From a virus (lineage: Duplodnaviria; Caudoviricetes): DNA of 51,032 nucleotides. The position numbers and the translations under genes are program-made. Location of the stretch: the IMG/VR virus record IMGVR_UViG_3300036846_000450, positions 1 through 51,032 of that record; one strand, given 5' to 3'. Below the pieces are notes generated by a model, which saw only the letters and a list, made by a program, of their open reading frames with translations, had not been told where the DNA came from and ran no database searches. Positions 17,880 through 26,852 of this stretch are shown here, in pieces (position 1 is the first letter of the stretch; the number at the start of each line of letters is the position of its first letter).

Positions 17880-19309
17880 CCGCCATCGCCGCCGTCACCA
17901 CCATCGCCACTGCCATCGCCACCGCCGCCGGTGTCACCGGTGTCGCTGCTGCTCGCGGCCGCGGCGTCCGCCGCTGCTGCGTCGGCCGCGGCCGCGGCTG
18001 CTGCTGCGTCGCTGGCGCTACCAATGCCGGTGCCTCCAATACCGCTGGCGTCGCCGCTGACGCCGGCAATGCCGGTGGCATCCGCGCCGAAGCCGTCATT
18101 CGTGCCGGCGCCAGGTGCGCCGACCGTGCCGGTGCCAGCGCTCGCGGGGCCAGCACCAGGGCCGGGGCCAGGTGCGCCGAAGCCGCCGATCGCGCCGACG
18201 CCCATGCCGAGCCCACCGACGTCGCTGTCCGCGGTCGCGCCGAAGCCAGGGTCGCCGAACGTCGCAGCCACGGCGGCCGCGGTGTCCTCGGCCTGCTGCG
18301 CCGGCGCCGGCGTCGCCATGTTGTTGGCGAGGTTGGTCGTATTCGGCGCGTTGTTGGCGATCGCCGCGATCGCCGCCGCCATCTCGGCCGGGCTCGGTGC
18401 GGGCGTCGCCACGTTGGGGGCCGATGGCGGTGCCGGTGCGGCCGGTGCGGCCGGCGAACTTGGCGAGAACCCGAAGCCCATCTGGCCCAGGCCGTTGGGC
18501 GCCGCGCCGGAGACCGCTGCCGCATTTCCGAAACCTGGAGGACCAGGCGCAGCCGCGCCGGGCGCGCCGAGCGTTCCGACCGCTGTCGTCGCCGCCCCGT
18601 AGCCCATGTCCTGGCCTGGGTTGCTGTTGTCGAAGCCGCCAAAGTTGGCCGCCATGCCTGGCGAAATGCCGTTGACGCCTGACGCCATCCCGGATGCGGC
18701 CGCCGCGGCTGCCGCGGCATCGGCAGCTGGCGAGGCTGATGGGGCACCTACGTCCGCTACCGCGGCGGCTGGCGCAACGGACGGAGAGGTCGGTGCAGCT
18801 GGTGCCGCCGCCGGATCTGCCAAACTCGTGGTGGTGGTGGTGACGCCATGCGCGGGCGTACCGTCAGGGTTCATGAACCCTTCGTCAATCGCCTGCTGAT
18901 TGGCCGCCGCGAGCGCAGCAGCGTCCTCTGCCGCAGTCGGCTCGCCTTTCGAGGTGGACGGCGCGGCAGGCGCGCTGGTGCTGCTTCCAGGCGAACTGGT
19001 TGCGCCTGGTGCACCGCTGTCGGCGGGACTGTCGGTGCTGCCGACGTCGCCGATGCCGCCGATGCCGCTGTCACCGCCGGGGCCGCCGACGCCGGCACCG
19101 TTGACCATCATTTGCGCCGTGATGGCGTCGCGCAGCTGGTCCATCGGCGACTTCGGCGTCGGGGCAGGCTGCTGCCAGGTGTCCACCGGCCTGGTCTTGA
19201 GATGCGCGGCGTTCCAGCGCGCCACAGCAGCCTCGGAGACCGGGTCGCCATGAATGTAGGCCGGTGCGAACATGCCGCCCATGGCGCCGACATCGTCATA
19301 GCTTGCCAT
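17873..19309 (-). CDS. Ala/Gly/Pro/Asp-rich low-complexity virion protein
   Basis: Long in-operon ORF; QLRDAITAQM motif. Confidence 0.6.
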   Translation of the reverse strand: MASYDDVGAMGGMFAPAYIHGDPVSEAAVARWNAAHLKTRPVDTWQQPAPTPKSPMDQLRDAITAQMMVNGAGVGGPGGDSGIGGIGDVGSTDSPADSGAPGATSSPGSSTSAPAAPSTSKGEPTAAEDAAALAAANQQAIDEGFMNPDGTPAHGVTTTTTSLADPAAAPAAPTSPSVAPAAAVADVGAPSASPAADAAAAAAAASGMASGVNGISPGMAANFGGFDNSNPGQDMGYGAATTAVGTLGAPGAAAPGPPGFGNAAAVSGAAPNGLGQMGFGFSPSSPAAPAAPAPPSAPNVATPAPSPAEMAAAIAAIANNAPNTTNLANNMATPAPAQQAEDTAAAVAATFGDPGFGATADSDVGGLGMGVGAIGGFGAPGPGPGAGPASAGTGTVGAPGAGTNDGFGADATGIAGVSGDASGIGGTGIGSASDAAAAAAAADAAAADAAAASSSDTGDTGGGGDGSGDGGDGGDGGW

Positions 19310-19320
19310 CGCTCGCGTCC

Positions 19321-20982
19321 TCACACGTTGATGCCGCACCGCTCAAAGGTTGCCGCGATCGAGATCAGGTCGACGACCGGTTTGGCCTGCTGAGCCACCG
19401 TCACCTGGACCACGGGGGCGAGCGAATAGCCGGTCACGCCGATCGAGACCCAGCCGGTGTTGCGCACCACCGGCGTCGAGATCGAAGCCTGGTCCCACTG
19501 CGCATATTGGGCGCGGTCTGCCGGCGACGGGACCGGCGGCGGCGGCGGTCCCTGGTCCGGGCCCCACAGCCCCTCATCCCAAACGTCGGGCGTGCCGGGG
19601 TCGGGGCCGGCCGGCGGCGGTGCCGGGATGGTGACGACATAGTCGGCCGTTGCCGACAATTGCGGAGCGAACGGCTGGCCCTGCGAGGCGGAGAAAGAGG
19701 CGCGCGCCTGGTGCCAGGTGATGGTCTGCGACGGCGCCTGAAACATCTCCCAGCCGCCGACCAGGGTGGCGACATAGGGCTGGCCGTCGTCATAGCCGGT
19801 GCGGTCGGCCTGCATGACGATGCCGCCCTGGGTGCCGAAGAACATGTCGTCGCGCAGCCGCATCCAGCAGGTCGCGTCGTAGCCGACGAAGCGGCACCAG
19901 GCGCCGGTCGCGGCGTTGACGACGGCGCAATAGCCGGGCGTGCTGCCGGGCCAGGTCACGAAGATGCCGCCGTAGGACTCCCAATTGTGCAGGGTCCAGG
20001 GCCACTGGGTTTTGGCGTTGACCTCGTCGCGCCACATCGGCTTGATCGTGCGCGTGATGGCAGCGAGTTCGAGTTCTTCCGACGATTTGGTGATCGAGGC
20101 GCTGGTCGGGATGATGCCCTGCGTCGTCGCGATCAGGAGATCGCCGCCGAGCGGCAGCCAGGCGTTCATGCCCATTGGCGGCGCGATCGAGTAGCGGCCC
20201 TCCTGGCTCCAGTTCGCTGCGTTCGACGGATCGCCGCCGGTGAAAATCAGCAGCTCGCCGAGATCGGTGCAGAACACCAGCTTGTCGTCGATGCCGTCGC
20301 CGGCGTCGATCGACCAGGACGCGCAGAACAGCAGCTTGCCGCCCTTGGTCGCCGCGCCCGACAGCGGGATCATCGCCAGCGTGCCCTGGATCGCGTTGAG
20401 CGGCAGGTACCAGGCATTCATCGAGGAGGCCTCGATGAAGAACCAGCGATTGCGATATTTGGTGACGTAGGTGAGGTTTTTGCCGTTGACGACATTGCTG
20501 CCGGCGGGCCCGTTGATCTGGCCGGCGTTCAGCTGGGTCCAGGTGGTGCCGTCAAAGCGCAGCGGGTAATCGCCGGCGTCGTTGAGCGCGAGCAGAAAAT
20601 CGCCGCCCTGGTTGGCGAGCTGCGAGGCGCAATAATTGCCGGAGGCCTGGCCGCCTTGCACCAGCACCGGCGCCGACGTGGTGACGTTGTAGAGTTTGGT
20701 GGCGTTGGCGGCGAACATGCTCTGATTGTTGCCGCTGGCATAGCGGAAGCCGGAGAGCACCGGCGTGGTCTCGGGCAGCACGCACCAGCGGTCGCAGCCG
20801 CCGCGCAACGACACCCCGCTCAGCGTCGGCTTCCAATTGTCGCAGACCACCGCAGCGCCGGGCTGCATGAAGGTCAGGTTTTCGTCCTGGATGATGCCGC
20901 GGGTCGGCGCCGGAATGGTGGTGGTTTCGAGCTGCTGCGCCGCCTGGGCCGGGACTGCAGTGCGCCTGAAGCCTTGGTACAT
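19321..20982 (-). CDS. Tail hub / packaged-DNA stabilisation protein (P22 gp10-like)
   Basis: Beta-rich 553 aa, IPAPTRG...DNW.P....V.LRGG; synteny after the adaptor. Confidence 0.7.
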   Translation of the reverse strand: MYQGFRRTAVPAQAAQQLETTTIPAPTRGIIQDENLTFMQPGAAVVCDNWKPTLSGVSLRGGCDRWCVLPETTPVLSGFRYASGNNQSMFAANATKLYNVTTSAPVLVQGGQASGNYCASQLANQGGDFLLALNDAGDYPLRFDGTTWTQLNAGQINGPAGSNVVNGKNLTYVTKYRNRWFFIEASSMNAWYLPLNAIQGTLAMIPLSGAATKGGKLLFCASWSIDAGDGIDDKLVFCTDLGELLIFTGGDPSNAANWSQEGRYSIAPPMGMNAWLPLGGDLLIATTQGIIPTSASITKSSEELELAAITRTIKPMWRDEVNAKTQWPWTLHNWESYGGIFVTWPGSTPGYCAVVNAATGAWCRFVGYDATCWMRLRDDMFFGTQGGIVMQADRTGYDDGQPYVATLVGGWEMFQAPSQTITWHQARASFSASQGQPFAPQLSATADYVVTIPAPPPAGPDPGTPDVWDEGLWGPDQGPPPPPVPSPADRAQYAQWDQASISTPVVRNTGWVSIGVTGYSLAPVVQVTVAQQAKPVVDLISIAATFERCGINV

Positions 20983-20991
20983 GGCGCGCCC

Positions 20992-21699
20992 TCAAGGTGT
21001 CGGCAGCGGGAACGGGTACGCGACGCGCGCGGCCAGCGCGGCCGTCTTGCGCCCGATCAGGATCGGGGCCGGGCTGTCGTGCCCCATCGCAACCGACAGC
21101 GCGTCGCCGTAGGTCGAGAGGTCTTCGTTGTAGGGCGAGCCCTTCTGCGCCTTCCACTGCCAGATCATGCCGAGTTTCAGCAGCCGCTCGTCGAGCGCGA
21201 AGCTATCGCCATCGGCCTGGAATGCGGCGCCCATGCCGCCGCTCGCCAGCTTGATGCAATTGCTGGTCAAATAGGCGTAGGTCACCGTCAGGCCGGTCGC
21301 CAGCGTCGGCGCGATGTTGAGCTGGCCGCCGAGCATGGTCCATTCGCCCCAGGCGTCGTAGATGTTGAGCGCGCGGCGGTTGATCCATTCGTCGGTGTCG
21401 GGGATGAACCGCATCGGCGTCAGCGCCGACGTCGAGCGCCAGATGTTGCTGGTCAGCAGCAGCCGCTTGTAATCGGCCGGCAGCGGAAACGCGGTCGTGG
21501 TGCCGTCGCCATTGTTGACCTTGACCGAACGCAGCAGCTGCCAGTCACGGGTGTCGTAGGCGATGCGCTGCGCCATCTCGGTGGCGAGCGCCAGCAGCTC
21601 CTGCATGGTGCGGTTGTTGCTGAGGTTGGAGAACACGCTGGTCGGCACCATGACGCCGATCACCGGGCAGACGTTCTGGATCACCGACAACAGCGTCAT
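20992..21699 (-). CDS. Head-tail adaptor / tail tubular protein
   Basis: MTLLSVIQ..C..IG...W..L......GDGT...F.LPADY...LLKLG.IWQWK.KG..Y. Confidence 0.7.
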   Translation of the reverse strand: MTLLSVIQNVCPVIGVMVPTSVFSNLSNNRTMQELLALATEMAQRIAYDTRDWQLLRSVKVNNGDGTTTAFPLPADYKRLLLTSNIWRSTSALTPMRFIPDTDEWINRRALNIYDAWGEWTMLGGQLNIAPTLATGLTVTYAYLTSNCIKLASGGMGAAFQADGDSFALDERLLKLGMIWQWKAQKGSPYNEDLSTYGDALSVAMGHDSPAPILIGRKTAALAARVAYPFPLPTP

Positions 21700-21710
21700 G
21701 CCGCATCCTT

Positions 21711-22427
21711 TCAGGCCGCCTTGTCCGGGCGCGCCTCCATGGCCATGCGCAGCAGCGACTTGCGCGGCAGCGTGCCGTGCGGCTTGCCGCCGGTGTTGGC
21801 GGTGACGTAGTCGCGCAGCTGCTCGTCGCTCATGTCCTCGAATTCTTTCTCGGCGCGCGCCTTGGCGCTGCGCAGCGAGACCACGTCTTCCTCAAGCACC
21901 GCATTACGCGCGCGCAGCACCTCCAGCTCGGCCGCGAGCTGCAGGTTGGGCGCGGTGGTCTTGCTCTCCTCGATGAATTCGATCGCCTTGTTCTTGAATT
22001 CGCGGCCGCCAGGGCCAAGGTTCTTCAGCTCAGCGCCGTCGATCGCGGCGAGCTGCTCGACCGTGTAGACGTTCTGCGCGCGCAGCTCGGCGCGGCGGCC
22101 CTCGGTCAGGAACGGCGCATGTTCGAGCGGCGTGCCGGTCTTGGTCTGGGCCGCGGCTGCCTTGAATTGCCGGTACTGATGCGAGAAGCGCTCGGCGTAG
22201 CTGACCTTGCGCTGGTCGCCGGTCATCGGGTCGGTCTCCCAGCGCGTGAACGCGGTGGCCGGAAACACCTTGACGTCCTTGGAGCCAGGCGCGCGGACTT
22301 CGCAGACCTCGACGTCGTCGAAGATCGGGCGGCCCTCGGCCAGGGTCTTGGCCTGGTTCTGCATCGGCAGATATTTGAAGATCACCACCAGCACATCGTC
22401 GGGATCGCGCATTGCCATCATCGTCAC
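21711..22427 (-). CDS. Conserved phage protein downstream of the capsid gene
   Basis: EGRPIF...RF...Y..FK......GTPL...TVEQLA pattern. Confidence 0.7.
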   Translation of the reverse strand: MTMMAMRDPDDVLVVIFKYLPMQNQAKTLAEGRPIFDDVEVCEVRAPGSKDVKVFPATAFTRWETDPMTGDQRKVSYAERFSHQYRQFKAAAAQTKTGTPLEHAPFLTEGRRAELRAQNVYTVEQLAAIDGAELKNLGPGGREFKNKAIEFIEESKTTAPNLQLAAELEVLRARNAVLEEDVVSLRSAKARAEKEFEDMSDEQLRDYVTANTGGKPHGTLPRKSLLRMAMEARPDKAA

Positions 22428-22515
22428 TCCGAAATTGAAAAGGCCGGGGCGCTTGCAGTCGCCCCTACAGTTTGAAGCACGTCAGTTCGTGCTCGGCCCT
22501 CAAGCCGTGGTCGTC

Positions 22516-23553
22516 TCAGGCCGCCGGGTTGCTGTCGTACATCCGCCAGTTGAACAGCGGATTGGTCATGGTCAGCTCGCCCATCCAGCCGATGAATTGC
22601 GCGATCGCGTCCTTGTCGATCGGCATCTGGCCGTCGCCCTCGAACAGCTTGTCGAAATTGCGGTTCGCGTGGTAGCGCAGCCGCATCGTGTCGGTGTTGA
22701 TGCCGAAGGTGGTGTTGGCCGGCATGTTGCTACCGATGCCGCCGTCGAGCACGATCTCGGCGCGCTTGCCGCCGCCGATATATTCCAGCGCGGAGAAGCC
22801 GAGCTGGCCGAGCGAGGTCTCGTTCTGCTGGCGCTGGATCGCCACCGTGGCGGCGTCGTAGGCCGCATAATGCTCCGGGCTCATCATCAGCAGATCGGCG
22901 TAGTCGCGGCCGCGCGATTGCCGTGTCATCACGTAGTTGAGCATCGGCCGGATCGTGGTCGACGTCACCTGGGTGCCGAACGGGGTCAGCGAGATGGCGC
23001 CGGCGGCGCCGCTCGGGTCGAAGCAGGCCGGCCGCCAGATCGTTGCGGTGGCGCGATCGATGCCGCCATAGACGCCGGTGTTGGGCAGGATCGGCAGCGC
23101 GGTGGCGAGCCCGGTGATCTGCTTGTTGGCATTGGCGGTGCCGTCCGAGTACAGGCCGGCGTCCATGGTGTCGGACAGCGCCTTCTCGGCGGCGGAGATG
23201 TAGGTGTCGTAAACGTCGAGCAGCTGCGCCTGGCCCTCGTTGTTGAGGATTTCCTGCATCGACAGGATCACCGGCACGACCACCATCTTCGGATCGAAGA
23301 AGGCGTCGTTGAACAGATCGATCGCCGGGTTGAGCAGCTGGTCGTAGCCGGAATACCACTGCGCGCTCGACTTGCCGATCTGCAGGGTCTGGCGGATCTT
23401 GGGACCGGAGTAGGTCTGCCACAGACCCTTGCGCTTCATCACGGCCAACAGGGCGTTGGCATTGGAGACCAGATCCTGGTAGCCGGTTGAACGATCCTCG
23501 ATCGCCATCGACAGGATCTGCTGATAGGCAGCATTACTGGTGACGTTGGGCAT
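22516..23553 (-). CDS. Major capsid protein
   Basis: 345 aa; D.V...NALL...K..G...YSG..I...WYSGYD...YSDGT....KQITGL...GGIDR; GGAGAGG RBS. Confidence 0.85.
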   Translation of the reverse strand: MPNVTSNAAYQQILSMAIEDRSTGYQDLVSNANALLAVMKRKGLWQTYSGPKIRQTLQIGKSSAQWYSGYDQLLNPAIDLFNDAFFDPKMVVVPVILSMQEILNNEGQAQLLDVYDTYISAAEKALSDTMDAGLYSDGTANANKQITGLATALPILPNTGVYGGIDRATATIWRPACFDPSGAAGAISLTPFGTQVTSTTIRPMLNYVMTRQSRGRDYADLLMMSPEHYAAYDAATVAIQRQQNETSLGQLGFSALEYIGGGKRAEIVLDGGIGSNMPANTTFGINTDTMRLRYHANRNFDKLFEGDGQMPIDKDAIAQFIGWMGELTMTNPLFNWRMYDSNPAA

Positions 23554-23587
23554 GATTGCCTCTCCACATCGGTGTTGGGTTCAGACG

Positions 23588-24871
23588 TCAGTAGCTGCCG
23601 TTGACGCGACGGATGGCGTTCGCGACAGCCTCACGCGGAGACCTGGAGGCCTCCTTCGGTGGGCGATGCGCGGCTCCATTGGAGGCAGCGCCAGGCGCAC
23701 CTGAGATTGACTTGTCGGATGGTCGGGTCTGAGCCGATGCGGTGCGGGTCTGAGCCGCGTGCGTGGTCGGGCGGAGCAGCTCCGCGCGCCGGTAGGCGGT
23801 TTCGAGATCGAAGCCGAACTTGAGTTCGTTCTCGATCAGGTCGCCGAGTTCATCAAACCGCGGGTGGCTGTCGGCGAACTGGTCGACGGCCGATCGCGTG
23901 TAGGTGAATTGCTGCGCAGTATGCATCTGGTTGAGGGCCTGTTTCAAGCCCGCGACCTCCTGATGCAGCGCGCCGATCTGGTGCTGGGCCGCCTGCTGGT
24001 TATTGCCCTGCTGGATCGCGCGCAGCTGGTCCGGCGACTGCGACAGCACATGGTAGGCGATGTCGCGCAGGCCGAGCCGCTGGCCGTCCGCCGTCTTCAA
24101 ATTGAGATTGTGCACGATCAGGTCGAGGCCGCCGACCGGGTCGGCGCGCAGCTTCTGCTCCATGCTGACATAGTTGGTGAGCGCGCGCTCCAGCGTGGTG
24201 CCGTGGCTCTGCGCCATCTCGTGGAAGCGCTTGATCGGCTGCATCGCCTCGGCGTCGGCCTTGTAATACTGGTAGGCGCGGCCGAATTCCTGCTGGATGC
24301 GGTGGATGTTGCCGCGCACGCTCTCCGGTGTCGCGGGCCAGTCCGCTTTCGCGTTTTCGTCCATCCGCACCGGTGGATCGCGGAACGGCGCATTGGCCGG
24401 CAACGGTGGCGGCGCCGGGCGGCGCTGCTGCTGCCCAGGTTGGGGAGCAGGGCGGGCCTGCCCCGACACCTGGTCGCCCTGGGGATTGCGCGGCGCAAAC
24501 CGGCCCTGGTCGCGCGGCTGCGCCTGGTTGTCGCCGGCCGGCGCCGTGGTCGGGCGCCGTCGCAAATCGATCTTGTCCTCGGGGGGTGGGTTGTTGTGCC
24601 CTGGCTTGGCCTCTGCCGGCTTGGGCGCGGGCTTGGCAGCGCGCCGGTCGGCCTGGGGCGGTGGTTGCGAGGCGCGCTCGAACGCCCGCTGGATGGACTC
24701 CCTGCGGCTTTCTGGGCGGTGTCTGCTGCCCTCGACATCGCCGACCGGGGCCTCCGGCGCCTGGGAGCCGACCGGGGTCGGCGCGGCGACCGGGTTCTGG
24801 GTGATCGGGACTTCGCTGGCGGGCGCAGCGGCGGGCGCGCCGCCCTGGGGGGCGACGGTGGTGTCGGTCAT
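23588..24871 (-). CDS. Capsid scaffolding protein
   Basis: Disordered N-terminus, helical Gln-rich core, F...HP.F..L...LE.AY..A C-terminus directly upstream of the capsid gene. Confidence 0.7.
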   Translation of the reverse strand: MTDTTVAPQGGAPAAAPASEVPITQNPVAAPTPVGSQAPEAPVGDVEGSRHRPESRRESIQRAFERASQPPPQADRRAAKPAPKPAEAKPGHNNPPPEDKIDLRRRPTTAPAGDNQAQPRDQGRFAPRNPQGDQVSGQARPAPQPGQQQRRPAPPPLPANAPFRDPPVRMDENAKADWPATPESVRGNIHRIQQEFGRAYQYYKADAEAMQPIKRFHEMAQSHGTTLERALTNYVSMEQKLRADPVGGLDLIVHNLNLKTADGQRLGLRDIAYHVLSQSPDQLRAIQQGNNQQAAQHQIGALHQEVAGLKQALNQMHTAQQFTYTRSAVDQFADSHPRFDELGDLIENELKFGFDLETAYRRAELLRPTTHAAQTRTASAQTRPSDKSISGAPGAASNGAAHRPPKEASRSPREAVANAIRRVNGSY

Positions 24872-24885
24872 GATTGTCTCCGGGG

Positions 24886-25197
24886 TTATCGGGGCCTGTG
24901 GCCCGCCTTGAACTTCTCGATCGCGCCCTTGATGCTGGCGCGGCGCGCGTCTTTTTCGGCGCGGGTCTCGACGCCGCGCGGCTTCGGCGTCAGCTTCTCG
25001 GTGCCGATCTCGACCAGGCCGAGCGCGCGGCCGACGCTGCGAAACTGCCGCTTGCTGGTGTAGAATTTGCCGTCGACCTGTTCAGTCGGCGGCATGCTGT
25101 CGGAGATGATGTTGGGCAGCGCCAGCTCCGATCGCACCGGCCGCGGCCGTGGCCGATCGATGCGCCAGCGCCCTGGCTCGAATTCAACCAGCTTCAT
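24886..25197 (-). CDS. Conserved phage head-region protein
   Basis: P.IISD.M...DGKFYTSK..FR......GLVEIG.E motif. Confidence 0.7.
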   Translation of the reverse strand: MKLVEFEPGRWRIDRPRPRPVRSELALPNIISDSMPPTEQVDGKFYTSKRQFRSVGRALGLVEIGTEKLTPKPRGVETRAEKDARRASIKGAIEKFKAGHRPR

Positions 25198-25405
25198 CGC
25201 TCTGCTTCACCGGCTTCACTGAACGAGCGCGCAGCGGCGGCGTGACGTAGAGCACCGGCGTGCCGCCGCTCGCGACCTTGGTGACAGCGACGCCGGTGGC
25301 CGCCTCGCTCACCGGGATGCCGGCCTTGAACGTGGCGCCCACGTCGGCCGCGACGTCGACCACCGGCAGGCCGCCGCTGGCCACCGTGACAACGGACATG
25401 CCCAT
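25184..25405 (-). CDS. Small virion protein
   Basis: VVTVASGGLPVV / VTKVASGGTPV internal repeat; TGATG coupling. Confidence 0.6.
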   Translation of the reverse strand: MGMSVVTVASGGLPVVDVAADVGATFKAGIPVSEAATGVAVTKVASGGTPVLYVTPPLRARSVKPVKQSDEAG

Positions 25406-25929
25406 CAGCGTTTCGCCTTGCTGCGCTTGTGCGACAGCGTCTTGGTCGGGGTGCCGCGGTGGTGGGTCTCGTGGGTCGGGGTGTAGGCGTCGCCGTCCTC
25501 GATCGCCTCGTCGATCTCGTCTTCGAGGTCGTCGGGGTCGGCATCGTGATGGGCAGCCGCGGTTGCGCCCGCGTCGGTGAAGGTGAAGTCGACCGCGTTC
25601 GACATCATCTCGGCATTGTGCACCTGGCACTGCACCGTGGCCGGCGCCTGCCACAGCGACGGCTTGACGAGCGTCGAGACCGTGCGATCGGCCTCGTCGA
25701 AACTGGTCGGCTCATCATGGCCGGCAAAGAAGATCACGGTGCCGGCGAAGAAATTGTCGCCCGCGACGACCAGGGTGAAATCGGCATCGCCGATCGCGGC
25801 GGTGTCGGGCGTGATCGTGGAGATCACCGGCGCCGGCAGCGGCGGCACTTCCGGCGGCTCGTTGATCGACGGCGGGGTGTGCGAGACCAGGCGCGAGTGG
25901 CCTGGCTCGTTGATGCTCTCGATGCTCAT
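25405..25929 (-). CDS. IPT/TIG Ig-like domain protein
   Basis: PVISTITP.TA..G...TL.V.G.NF..G.VI.F.G. Confidence 0.7.
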   Translation of the reverse strand: MSIESINEPGHSRLVSHTPPSINEPPEVPPLPAPVISTITPDTAAIGDADFTLVVAGDNFFAGTVIFFAGHDEPTSFDEADRTVSTLVKPSLWQAPATVQCQVHNAEMMSNAVDFTFTDAGATAAAHHDADPDDLEDEIDEAIEDGDAYTPTHETHHRGTPTKTLSHKRSKAKR

Positions 25930-25940
25930 CGCAATCTCCG

Positions 25941-26534
25941 TCAGGTGATCGTCCAGGTCTGCGGCGCGGTGATGACGGCGCCGCCGGTGATGACGGCCAC
26001 CGCGGGCGTACCGGCGGCGGCGGGCGGCGTCGCCAGGCAGGTCAGTGAGGTCGACGACACGAACGTGGTCGCCTGCTTGACGCCGCCGATGGTGATCGCC
26101 GACTGCTTGGTGAAGCCGGTGCCGGTCGCGGTCATGGTGATGGCGGCGGTGCCGTGCACGCTGGTGGTCGGCGCGATCGAGGTCAGCGTCGGATTGGTCG
26201 CCGGCGACAGCGAGGAGGCGTGGTTCTGGTTCGGGTTGGGCGAATAGGCCGGCCCGCAGCTGTCGGTGAGCAGCGGGCCGTTCGGCAGGTAGATCGACGA
26301 GGAGTAGGTCTGCGTCACCAGCACCTCGTTGCCTTTGCCCTCGGCATCGACACTGGTGCCGGCGCCGGCGGCCGCGGTCTTGGCCGCGAACACGTTGTAG
26401 TTCGAGCCGGGCGAGACCCAGCCGTCATCGACCGCGGCCTGGGCCGGATCGAGCGGCGGCGTGGCGCCGACGCAGGACAAATTGGTGGGCGGGGTCGGGT
26501 TCTCGGGGGTCACGGTCGTCGCGCTCTGGGCCAT
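25941..26534 (-). CDS. IPT/TIG Ig-like domain protein (capsid decoration candidate)
   Basis: PTLTSIAPT...G....T.TGTGFT..S.I.IGG...TTFVSSTSLT. Confidence 0.75.
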   Translation of the reverse strand: MAQSATTVTPENPTPPTNLSCVGATPPLDPAQAAVDDGWVSPGSNYNVFAAKTAAAGAGTSVDAEGKGNEVLVTQTYSSSIYLPNGPLLTDSCGPAYSPNPNQNHASSLSPATNPTLTSIAPTTSVHGTAAITMTATGTGFTKQSAITIGGVKQATTFVSSTSLTCLATPPAAAGTPAVAVITGGAVITAPQTWTIT

Positions 26535-26603
26535 TGCAGTCTCCTCGGTTGATCGGATAAAGTCTCAATTCGGACTGGTCAGGAAAATCACGGAAAGCGG
26601 CAG

Positions 26604-26852
26604 ATGAGCCTCCCCCACGCGAACTACGTCGAAATCGATGACACCGACCCGGAGCACACCCATCTGTGGGTCACCGTCAACGCCGCCGATGGCAGCGTGA
26701 TCGAGATCATCGAGCAGTATCCCCTCGACAATCGCGTCGGAGCCGCTGCGATGGCGCGTCGCCTGGCCGGTCTGCTCAGCCTGCCGCTCAAGCAGCGCAA
26801 CAGCGCCGATCGCGACGCCGAACTCATTTCTGCTGCTCCAGATAACGCATGA
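26604..26852 (+). CDS. Small acidic protein antisense to the late operon
   Basis: Only plus-strand gene in the virion module; 3' end overlaps the 26824 gene by 29 bp. Confidence 0.55.
   Translation: MSLPHANYVEIDDTDPEHTHLWVTVNAADGSVIEIIEQYPLDNRVGAAAMARRLAGLLSLPLKQRNSADRDAELISAAPDNA

Noticed and set aside
14956-21810. Long plus-strand ORFs (14956..17217, 19264..21810 and similar)
   Set aside because: These are antisense shadows of GC-rich virion genes, Arg/Gly-rich and without motifs.
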